Source: Thalia democratica (Eukaryota). From it: a DNA stretch of 64,000 nt. Numbering within the stretch: position 1 is the first letter of the stretch; each line of letters starts with the position of its first letter. Positions 12,583 to 24,700 of this stretch are shown here, piece after piece. The notes under the pieces were generated by a model. The model did no database searches, had not been told where the DNA came from, and saw only the letters and a program-made list of their open reading frames with translations. The stretch covers positions 48,174,001 through 48,238,000 of the forward strand of contig OZ241828.1 in the NCBI GenBank assembly GCA_965202585.1, given 5' to 3'. A program made the position numbers and the translations under genes.

Positions 12583-12970
12583 TTAAAAAAGTAATGAAGT
12601 AATTTTACATCGTCTAGTTTTAATCTTCTTACAACATCATATCAACATAAAAATATAAAACTTTAGTTTGTTCTTTATTTTTAACTTTTAAAGCAAAAAA
12701 GCGACAGTAAAAGACAAAATAACTCTGAATCATAAATAGATATAGGTAGGATGATAAGTTCATTTCTTTAAACTAAACTTTTTCTTCTAAGTACAATCAA
12801 AAAGGTAGCTTATGCTATAAATAAATTATAATTTTAAATTAAAAAAAGTCTAGTATAAACTAGTAACAGTATGATGGCACCATTACAGTTTTGTATGTTC
12901 ATACTGATTCATCCACAGTGGTATAAGTGTTGTAATAAAATCATTGCACGGTGCAAAACAGTGCACGACA

Positions 12971-15900
12971 TCACAGAGAGTCGCGTTGACTCAACATAAA
13001 CTCGTTTCTCTCTTTGGTTAGAAAGCATACGACGCTTATTCCGCTGGAATGCCAGATCGTGCTGACATTTTCAACTCGAAAGGGTATGTGGAAGACGACG
13101 TTCTTGGGAATGACGTGAACTTTTCGCGGGTTTTCGTTGTTCACTCTGAATTGGTGGATCCATACGGGGCAGTTGAAAGTGTTGGCTTCTGATTCGCTGT
13201 TGTTATAAGTTTGAGATAAAAATCATAAAAACTTTATACATGTAGAAGGAATTTTAGATTTTTTTAAAGACAATTTATAACTTAAAAATGTAGTGTACTA
13301 AATCAAGTTTAATCATTAATGTAACGATGTGTAAAGTTTAGGTAAAATGAATTCAACATGCAAATAAAAAGTTTATGTACTCATGGGTTTAGAACCTTAC
13401 GCATCGTGCTAATTACGCCACAGAGCAATACATTACCTCTTGTGTTCCTCTTCGTAACGCTGGTTGTGCTTGATGACGGTGGCGGTAATGGTGGGGAGCG
13501 GTGATTGGCTGATCCCCTGCGACTTGCTCATCACCAGATTCACCGGATCCATCTTGGAGTTGAGGAGGCGCATCCCACACAACTTTATCTTGTTCCAGTA
13601 CTTGTGCTCGGCTTTGTTTTCCCTTTTCTCGTTGTTAGGATCTTCGTTTTCGTCCTTTTCCAACTTTTAAAAGGCGAAGTTAAGTCAAACACGTGCACAA
13701 AACTTGTAAATAACTAGGTTGAAAATAAAGGTGACATCTCAAAACTTTATGACTTACACTTATTTTGAATGTGTATGAAGTATGATTTTTTTTTTGTGAC
13801 ACAATTTATTAGTTTTATTATAATTATTTCTTTTTTTTTAATCAGTAATATTTTGAAACATTTGTTATTGGACAACAAAAAAAAACTTTAACACAATTTA
13901 AACTAAAAGAGAAATATAGATTAATCAAGTTAAATACTACAAGAAATTGCTAAAACTTTTTAATTAAATAACAATATTAACACAGATAACTTACAACTAA
14001 GTTTATGAAACAGTAATTTTAGTAAGTATTAAAATATAAAAAATGTACAAAATATTACTTCAAATTTCACATGATATTTAAATGGATCTCCGTATTCTAG
14101 TCTTGAAGTAACTGCAATCATCGTAGAAAAAAGAAGGTCAGGTCTCGTCAATGCACTCAAGTTTATTGTGTTTATTAAGTCGTCTCTGTTCTTTTTATGG
14201 TAAAAATTTTTAACGCATACTATTTTGATAAATATAACTACCTTCCAAAACTGTTAAAACAAAGTTAAGTGTGTAACCAAAAAATATTGTTTACAAGTAA
14301 AAGATAAAATATTTATATACATCAGCTTATCTCCATAAATAAAGATATTAGATAAGTTTTTATACATTTCTATATATACGAGGTACGTACGTAAACAATT
14401 GTATCATCCTTAGCAGAACATTTAATTACCACAACCCTTAAGAAAATTAAACTTTTTAAAAGATAGTAGTTTTATAATATTAACTTTGCTTGTGTAGGCT
14501 CGTTGGGTGCTAGAATCAATGTTAAACTGTTGTGCAATTCCTTCGGTATATTTTGCTACCAAGTGACATCTAAGTGGTAGAATCGCGACAAACGTGGACA
14601 AGGGTAGAGTCAAATGAAACTTGAACAGATCTGCGTTGTGCTTGCGCCAGCTAGTGCATATATTGTCGTTTGATATGTCCTCTATCATTTCGTATATGGT
14701 AGGAGTGATCTTAATACAAAAAACTAAAAACAACAATTTTTTAAGGTGGATTTAGTCAAAATATTTTTAAGCATTTTAAAACATTGCGCCTTATAAAATT
14801 CACAACTATTTTAAGCATACTTAAAGTTAACTAAAAATTTTGTTTCAAGGTAAAATAAAAATGCATATAAATAAACTTTAAAATACATCTATAAAAAAAT
14901 TGAGAAAACTTTGTGTAAAACAGACTTAAAAAAGACATGATTAAAAACATAAACTAGTTTTGCTTGAAACGAAAAAAATAAAAAACAACTTCAATAGATG
15001 AGTTAATTGCTGATAAGACGATGTTTAAGTCGTTAGTGACAAGATTCACAATTGTATTGATTCTTTTGGCTTCTTCAATGAAATATCGTGACATTATCGG
15101 GTTCTTGATGTCATTTGTTTCAGTTAATGGCAGTGCAGTCACAATCTATTTGAGATGTATGTTTTAAAGCTTCATTACAAGAAAATTAGTTATCATAATT
15201 TTAAAAACTGCTGAATAAAACTATTTATAACTTTAGTGTTTTTTTTATATAACGCAAAATGATATAAAATAAAAATCCAAAATATTTTATAAACATTTTA
15301 AGTTATCTAATACAAGTAACAAAAAAAACTTATCGTAATAATAACTATTACAAACATTAATTTTGTAAAAGATACATGGTCGAAATATTTTTAAGCCTTA
15401 AAAAAAGTGTTAAAAGTCCATAATAGTGTTTTCTAAGTTGCGGTTATTGTGCAAGCATTTCCTAAACTTCCTATAATTTAATGTTTATGTACTGTTCAAA
15501 TAAACTAAAATGCTTGAGATTAGAATATATGATTGAGTTGCAAAAGCTATTCTATTTTATATTAGACCGATGCAGAGCACTTCAGATCTTTGAGAGGTTT
15601 AGCTTACGTTTAAATTTATCAGAATAAAAATAATATAGTACTTCGACTTGATTTGTGAATGTTTTTATGTTTATTGTAACTGAGCTTAATTTACTTTTTT
15701 AAATGTTATATATCTACTTATTTTAGTCAAAATTACTTTTGTGTAACTTCTTTGTTTTAGTTTTTGATTGGTTTAGTTGATCTAAAGAAAATCTAATCAT
15801 TATATTTATGTCATCGTGTCAAATCTTATAAAAGAATTAAGATACTTCTTATATGCAACTAAACAGACCTAAGCTAAAAAATAATTGTACTAAAAAACAA

Positions 15901-18779
15901 TTTTAAATGAAGTTATAGCAACTACTTTTGAAAAGTTAAAACTATATAAATTTACAAGCTTAAAATACACAAAGTTAGTAGATAAAATAATTAAAACACT
16001 TATAAACTAACACTTTTTAGTAGTATTCGAATAATTTTGTCAATTTTATTCAACGCATGTTCTGCCAAAAGAGTTTGGTCATCACCTTCGACAGGGTTCA
16101 ACGCTCTTTTGAGCCGAAATTTCTCGTAACAATATCGCAGCCTTGCCCTCATAATTTTGCTTCTGAATGCGAATTCTGGCTCGGAAGCACCGTTGTGCAG
16201 CCCTAAGAAAAGAGAGCCTGGTTTCTGAAGAAAATATACTTGGTAACTTTACAAAAACATTGCCTGGTTTTTTTTGCAGTTTCTTAACTAAAAACTCAGC
16301 TAACATTTATGAATGTTAAACTAAGGTTTATAGAAAGTTCTAAATTTAAATGTTATGACCAATAGGTATATCTAACGTATTGAATAAGATTAGTATATTT
16401 TTTATTAGATACTGAAATAAACATGAAACAAACCGGTACGATATTGTTGTAAATATCAGTATTAAAATTGACGCTTTTTTCAACTTTCGATGAAAATATA
16501 TAAGCCTCTTTTGCCAAGTGGGTTATCGATTGATCATTTATGACATTATATTGAGATAAAGATTTGGCAATCTGAACTTCATCGGAAGATAGGAAACATC
16601 TGGAAGCTATTTCATCAAACAAATCGACATCCCTGTTATAGCAATTGTTTGCATGATAACTTTCTATTTTTAATTCACAAGCAAAAACAACAGTTTCAAT
16701 GTATTTATGTACTACACATATAAAGCATCTAACGCAACATGAACAACAAAATTAAGTTCTCGTACTTTTTGTTAACAAATATAAACTGTACTTGTAAAAT
16801 ACATTAAATAAATATGTTTTTATACAGTCGTTTGCAGATGAACATCGAAAAAAATTATTGACAACATTTCACTGCTTGTCACAGCTTTTTTAATATAAAT
16901 CTTTAGTAATGTTACATGTAAATATATTTGATCTAAACGTTATAACTAAAAAAAATCTAATTGCCAAACAACTCAAGCACTTTTGCGTGGCGAACGTCGA
17001 CGACATGACATCGTGAACGAACAGCCGAGCGTTCTCGTAACTCAGCGTGGCGGATCGCGAGGTGTTGAACAAGGAAGCCATCGCGAACAAGTCGGCGTCG
17101 TTAAGCCGGTAGGTGGCGTCGAAACCCGATTGCACCTGACCGCACCTGGTCACAAGCACAGCGTGAAGGAAGGGCAGGAAAGTGTTGATCCTCTTCATTG
17201 TGGTCTGCGTGAACATTCAAGTTTAAATTTAGCTGCATTTTAAACCGATGGTACTTAAAAAAAATTGTTTTTAAAAAGTATCAGGCTCACAAAAAACTGA
17301 ATCGAATAATAATCTAATAATAGTCAAAATAAATCATACACTTTTTACTTTTACTGTTCAAAGTTTTACAGGTAAAAAAGTGGCTATTTAAATGTATGGT
17401 CAGATAAACTAACGCCCAGATCTTCTTCTCTTTCTCCCCTGCTTCTTACGAAGCAAGCGGGCAGGAGGTGGTTGTGACGGGAGGGTGGGAACAATGAGGC
17501 GTGGTGGTGCGACATCATCAGGTATTTGTGGCTCGACTTCACCATGCTCACCAGCGCTGAGGTGCTTCTCAGCGAGCAGAACACGCAGTTGTGGCTGACC
17601 GCCAGCGGCAGGCGAATTTCCGACGAGTCGTATTCGTGCTGCGTCACCGAAATGAACAGGCGGAAGTTCCGGTGGCAGTAGAAACTGCGTTCGCGCTCGA
17701 GGCCGAACAATTTTTCGTAACTGTCGTCATGTTCTTGACCAGTCTGCTGTACTTTATTTACCACCGTGACTTCCTCGGAATCGTACTTGCCGTGTTTTTC
17801 GGTGTTACTGCTATACTCGCTGGCCACTACCAAGTCGTTGATGAGATCGATCAGTTCTTGAGGCCATTCTTTCAGCAAGTTCATCTCGGACAGGTGCAGC
17901 CAATGACCTTCGAGTGCGCAGTTTTTTATGACTTCTATGAGGTCACAATCGTCGAAAGGAGCGGATCTTTGTAAAAAAATTGATTGCTTAATTTAAATAA
18001 AACTTTTAGATAAATTTTTCAAGACCACCTTTCGATGAGCTGCATTTTGTGCATGTTTGATGCGAACTTGAGTTGAATGGAAGGTAACATTACACCTAGT
18101 AAATTTCAAATAAAATGTACAAAAATATTATTAATAACATATAAGCTTAAAAATAAAACATACTGCTAATTTCAAAATCAACGTCAAAAAAATACTACTG
18201 ACATTACAAACTTACCATTGTACTCGTGGCTGGAAATTAGAACGCACGGAGTCGAAGGCTTCAGCCTGGGAATGACTGCTTGAATGTTCGACTCGGCATC
18301 CTCAGTTATTTCCATCAACCCCAAATGAATTTCGCAGTAGTCTTGCACCAGCCTGCTGAAATGGTGAGGTCTCAAAACTGCCCACAACATCGCGACATCC
18401 TTTTGGTTTAAATGCTCTGCAAATAAAGGTTTCATGAGATCAATACTTTTTAATAATTAATGCATGTATAATGCATATATATGTTTTGTAATTCCTAAGG
18501 TACTTAAAAAAAAAAAAAAAAGCTGGTAAAAAAACCTCTTAAGTTCTTCTCAGGGATCGTGCTCAAAAAGGGGCTGGAGCACTTGAAATATTCTTTCCAC
18601 TGACGGGCGTTCCTCTTAATGCTGGTCGTGATGCCATTAAAGTTGACTCTCTGACTCTCCAGGAAAACAATTCCTTCCCACTGCTTCTTTCCGATCCACG
18701 GAGGATGATGGTCCTGATTGTAAACGTAATCTTTATAATCCAATGCTATGTTGAAACCTCTATCTTCAAAGTCTTTATC
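12971..18779 (-). CDS. Dynein AAA6 and C-terminal domain with terminal exon
   Basis: PPWIGKKQWEGI; VLRPHH; EGHWLHLSEMNL; FRLFIS; FLHAVLVTR..YRLNDADL; FLGLHNGA; LCGMRLLNSKMD; FNCPVW..WHSSGISVVC; TGA at 12971-12973. Candidate AATAAA near 12674. Confidence 0.9.
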
Positions 18780-21700
18780 CTGCAAAGATTTTCGTTTTTG
18801 AGTTTACTTAAGTTTTACATTTAATATTGACTTTTCTAGTATTTTGATGTTAGTTTTAAATTAAACTGTTTATTAAGTTGCAATTATAAAATCAATTATA
18901 TCGATGACAGTCATTAAAGTAAAGTTTTTTGATGAATCTTTAAAAATTATTTCTTTTTTATAAATTTTAACAAATAGATCCAAAAGACTATAGAAACATA
19001 AACAACTAACTTGTTTAGTATGTTGAAAGTCGAACAAAACAATCAACCGAAAAGTAAATAAAACACAGATCAATCTTCGTTTAGAAGCAATTATAACATT
19101 AGCTTGTGATTAATTTATTTTTGAGCTTGGAACTGATAGATCATACAGATTAAAGTTATATACAAAAAAACAGTGTAAAGGAAGACCGTATTTTATTTTT
19201 AACTTTCCTATACTCTTGTTTATTTTTATTTAAATAAAGTTAACGTTAATAAAACTATTCTACTTTGAAAATTTAAAATATTAATAAAAAATAATTAATT
19301 CACTAGTACAAATGAATGACGCTAAATTTTAAAATATGTTAATAACATACAATGTTTTGAAATTAAAGTGTCACCGTAATCGAGGTTGTGACTATAAATT
19401 TTCGAATAAATTTATGCAATGATTGATACGTTTTGTTTGTTATTAATTGAACTAAACTTTATGAACTAATTTCACAATTATATTAAGACATATTCCGAAT
19501 AGAACTAAGTCAAGGTTACTTAATAAATCGTTCAAAACTAACAACTTTAAAACCTAGCAACTTGTTTTCACTTAACTATAAAAAGATTTTTAGACTTTTA
19601 AAAATTTTTCTATATTTTTTACAGCCATCTTGAGTTAAAAAACGTCCATCTTAATACGTCATATTCTATTAAATGTCCATTTTTTTTTTAAACTCTTTTC
19701 GACAAGATGAAAATAACAATACAATAAATGCTGGTTTTATCAGTTGTAACAATCACACTGTTTTGCATTGTTGTATTCATATTTTGCTGCTGTTGTCAAG
19801 AAACAAACTTAAATTCTTTTAAAGGCATCGCTCACAAAAGTGCAAAAAAATATGTCCCAGACGCGGTTAGTGAAGAAATAGACGGTTATAAAGGCGGTGT
19901 AAATGAAAACGACTCAAAAAGTTTCAGCGTTTCTATCACAAGCGGAAGTAAAGATCTGTATGGTATGTACCACAACTTTTTGATACGTGATAATACTAAT
20001 CGTTCTCCTAACTTTTTTATCTAAAGTTCCAGGTTCAGAGTACGAAAAGCCGTCGAAAGATAACTTCAGCGCAATCAATTCAGTACTGAGCGATGTGCAA
20101 GAGAACAACGATGTTCCAACGACTTCAGTAAGACCAAAAAAGAAAATAAAAGCGAACAGCTTAGAAGAACGATTGATAGAAGAAATACAATCGCCGCCTT
20201 ACTCGGCAGGAGCTGCATACTCTCACATGCTTTGCACACAATCATTGAACAACGAAGGAATCAAAAATTGCATTCCAAACTCTTTTACAGATCGAGGCGA
20301 CCGCAATAGAACAGAAAAAAACAACTCAAGATGGATGTTTTCGGAGTTTATTTGGTCATGAATCACACGCAAATAATACCCTGTTAACTACATCAACAAA
20401 CTTTTGCAAGTAAATACTCAAGTTTCTCCTTGAAAAGCATATGGTTAAACTAAAAGAAAATCTCGTTAACTTAGATGTTAATAACAACTAAGTTACTATT
20501 TATAGCTAAGAAAATTAAGGTTGCTAAGAATAGTACTACAATCCTCTGACTCTATTATTGTCATTCTAATTTAGTCTATGAAGATTCTAATATTTACTTA
20601 ATATAAAATCTTAGTATAGACTAGAAAATAAATCTTTAATTTGATCTTAGTGATTTCAACGTATACTTCACTAACAATTTTAATAGAGAACAAAATACGA
20701 TACTTTAATTAGATTAACATTACACTTACTTAATTACCTTCTACTGGTAAAACTTAAAGTATAGGTTCGGCACTTTAAATTTATTTTACAATGTTTAACA
20801 ACAAGCGATAAAAAATAACACTTACACACATGCAAGTCAGAGCTTGATGGTTTGTTTGCAAGGCAATTTTTATTCAATGTATTAGCGTTTGTTTACAACC
20901 CTCAGCTATTCTTACTGAAGTCAGAGCCAAGATAGGACTTGAAGCGTATAAAACATCTAAAAATCCGCTTTGGTTGAACTACAATAGAAGTTTCTACTTG
21001 AGAAACGGTTGTTAAAAAAACAACAAAAGCTGGAAATCAATACCGTTGATCATATACACTTGCTTCCGTTTTTTGGCGATTATTACAGGAAAATAATTCA
21101 CTGTAGAAGTGTAGGGGTAAGTGTCAGAAAAGAACAGCGTCACTTTAGCACGGGGTGACACTTTAGCACGGAGTGACACTTTAACACGGCGTCACTTTAG
21201 CACAGAGTGACACTTTAGCACGGCGTCACTTTAGCACAGAGTGACACTTTAGCACGGCGTCACTTTAGCACGGAGTGTCATTTTTGCTCGTAAAAATTTT
21301 AAATCTTTTAAAATGTTTATTTAATTATTGTTTAATTACCTAAAATAATTAGCTTAACAAACAAACAATTGTGAAAACTAGTTTAAACATAAAAACTTTT
21401 AAAAATATCGTCTTAAAAAAATTATAAATAAAGTTTTTACTATGGGCTTAAAATGAAATAAGAAAGTGTTTAATCTTTATATTTCTCACTTTTTATTTAA
21501 ACCTTACGCTTAAAGTTTAGTCTTATTAGAATTAGTTAAAGCATTTTAAATTTTTTTAATAATTATAGAGCTTGTATTTATTGCTAACTTTATTAAAATA
21601 ATTTTATATCGATAACTTTAAAGTTAAAGTATCAAAACATTTTTAACTAAAATTAAATAGTAAAACAAGTTAATAAAGTTTTTAAGTTAAATTTTGTTTA

Positions 21701-24700
21701 GTTTCAGGTAAAGCTTAAACTTGTAACTCAATTAAAGCTTGTTAAATTTTATTTTACATGTTGTTAATTCGTTTTTAGATTCTTTAAACAATACAGTACC
21801 TAATGTGGTTTAAGCAAAAAAAAAATGCAAAATAAATTATGTGCTAAAGTGACACTCTGTGCTAAAGTTTCACTCCGTGCAAAGTGTCACTCTGTGCTAA
21901 AGTGTCACCCGTGCTTTTCTGACCCGTCCCCGCTAAAATACAACGAAAGCTGAACGAATATATTCGCTAAAATACAATCTAAGTGACGTTCACAACTAGA
22001 CCGAAACACGTTTTGGTAAACGCTTTTCGAGGTTCAGTTTGTTACTAAGTCAAACAATGCGTGATTCTAAAAAAAAATAGTGAAGTCTGGTTCACAAAGA
22101 ATCTAAAACGTGCCTGCTAAAACAAAAGAGCGTTTGCTTTAAATGTAACGAATTGTAACTATGCTTGCCAACAATGTTAGCTAGCCGAAACGAAAGCGAT
22201 AAAAGATGACCATGCAAATGCAAAGCGCACACGCTTTAAACAAAAAGCTGCGACGCTTAACTACGACGGAAGCTTAAACATTCTACTCAAGAATATTCAA
22301 AAATTGTAAAAAAAACTCCCCTTTCGAGCCGCGCTCGGCTTTATATAGTGTTAAGCTAGAGTAAAAAACTATTTTCTCTTTTATAAGTCTCTCGGAACAA
22401 GCAAGCAATGCTTACAGTACTAACAGTTTAGTAAAAAAAAGGTGCGTTTTAAAAAAGTCTCTAAATGGATTAAAGATATTAAAAAAAGTCTAAATACTTT
22501 GTCTATTTTCAATACTTTTAAAGCTTGTTTAAAATACATTAATGATATTAGCTGAACCTACAATCATTAAAAAAATATCTCTAGTTTAAAGAATAAATGT
22601 CATATGAAAGTTTTTCGGATAAGCAATTAATAAATATGTTTGTTTACAAATAAAAATCAAGAACCATGTTTTCTAATTAAAGACCCGAACAAATCAAGTT
22701 TCTTAAAATATAGCAACCAGAATTTTAAAAGTACAGTAGGGAAATCGATAAGGTATGCACCTTAAAAGAAGGCAATAGTGCAAACCTAACCTGAAATGTG
22801 TACCTTATAGTTTTGAGACAAATCTTACCCTTTCTACACCAAATAAATGCTAATTTCTGTTTATTTTTAATAAAAATACGATCGTTTCTACTTTATTTTA
22901 AAAGTTTTTTTTTAATAACTGTAAAGACAAAAACGTACCATAAAATTAATACTGATTAATAAATAATTTTTGAAACAGATAAACTAGAGTAAACAAAATA
23001 AAGTAAAACTATATATAATAGAAATAGTTTATTAAATTGAAAGAAATTTAGTAAACTAAAGAAACATGCAGAAACAAAAATACCGGATTACTTAAAAATA
23101 AAAGCAAGTTTTCCAAAATAACTTATGCAGACCGTTGCATTTACGGTACTATAATTAATTAATATTTCTTAGTCTTTTTAATTTTTATGCTTTGTCCACC
23201 AAAGCATGTTTTGCGTAGAGAAGACAGCAAGTCAAGCATTTAAAAATTTTTAATCATAACAATTTTTTTCTTAACTGCAAACTTTGCCAGAACTATATGT
23301 TAAAAAATTCTTTTAATTTCTTAACCGGTGGGCTCTAGAAAAGCTTTACAGTTTGGAGTCGATGGTAATCCGGAAGAGAAACTTTCAAATAACGTATAAA
23401 AATAGTATCATTTAAGTTTTATCAATGAGTATAAATATCGTACAATTTTCATACTTTATATAGTTCTATTGTATGACTACATGACAACTAAAATTCAACA
23501 ATTCAAACTCCGACAACTAAAATTCTCTAAAGTATTTTGATGGTGTTATGATATTAACATTTCATTTTCTTATTTTAAAGCGGATGTTGTAAACTGTTTT
23601 ACGCAGATTTCGTGACGTGCTTCCAGTATTGAAAAAACAAAAACATTTTTTATTGTTAGGAGTTACATTTGTTTCAGTGCTTATAAAACGGAATTTTACT
23701 TGCATTTACTCGCAGTCGCAGTTTCGGCAGAGCATTCGGCAGTTATTAGTGTGCTTTAAGTTTAGATGCATTTTAAACACGTTAGATTTAAGAACTAATG
23801 TTTTCATGTGTGTTGAACTTTAGTTCTCGTATAGAGTGATGTAATTGTATCTTTGTGTTATTTAGTTTATGTAAATAAAATATAAGTGTTGTTTTGATTG
23901 TTGTACTAATCTACTTTACTAATCCATATTACCCCTTAATAACATATTTGTAACGGGATAATGGGATCATATCTTCAAAAGTGGTAACGGTTCAAAATTG
24001 CACGAAGGGTCAATTTTGCACGAAGATAAATTTGCAAGGGGGGACAAATTGCACGGATGGTCATTTTTGCAGGAGAGTAAAAAAAACAGAAAAATAAACA
24101 AATAAAAATAAATTAATAAAAATACAAAAAGAAAAGAAAAAGTTATCGATCGAGGGTAAGGGTTAGGAGTAACAGTAATAGTAAAAAAAAAATAACTCAA
24201 CCCGTGCAAAATTGTCTGCTCGTGCAAAAGTATCTTCGTGAAATTTTTTCCGCTGGTGCAAGTTTATCTTCGTGCAAAATTGACCCTTCCTGCAATTTTG
24301 ACCCGTTACCACTTGTGATCTTTTTTTTTTCAATAATTATTAAAACTTGATATGTCGGAATTTTAATTATCAAAATTTGAATTGACGCGCACCCATACTG
24401 TATATGCTTATAACTGTTTGTAAAGAATTTTTAAATCATAAACTAAGTTGAAGTTTTGAGTGCTCACGATATGAATCTAAATTATAAACTAACAAAATTA
24501 AATTGTGTCTAACGATATTATAAAGCTATTCTAAAAATATTATGCATTAATTTAGGATTGTCAGCTGTTGCATTAGCGATGTTTAAATAAACTTAAATGT
24601 ATAATTTTATCACTTTTTTTTTGAAAAAAGGGCTTTTTTAAATTGAGAATAGTCCTAAGCTATGCACTTGTAAGTTAAAATAATTTCATATGAGAATGTT

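Noticed and set aside
13664-14058. U12-type intron (GACTTAAC near the acceptor)
   Set aside because: The donor is GTAATA, not RTATCCTT. No U12 donor was seen in any of the 72 introns.
17591-17974. Plus-strand ORFs over GC-rich dynein exons (also 16983-17243, 13464-13717, 26290-26514, 26849-27061, 42465-42892, 50684-50935, 51101-51295, 54998-55204, 61557-61739) and 9431-9673
   Set aside because: Antisense shadows of exons whose minus-strand translation fits dynein, or the 9.4-kb exon. They have no independent splice or start support.
21138-21290. Short regularly spaced repeats suggestive of CRISPR
   Set aside because: There are no unique spacers or cas genes, the context is eukaryotic, and the array is mirrored at 21841-21931 as a TIR.
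23330-23823. Possible second nested plus-strand gene or transposase remnant (ORF 23617-23823)
   Set aside because: Could not assemble phase-consistent exons or recognise any transposase motif.
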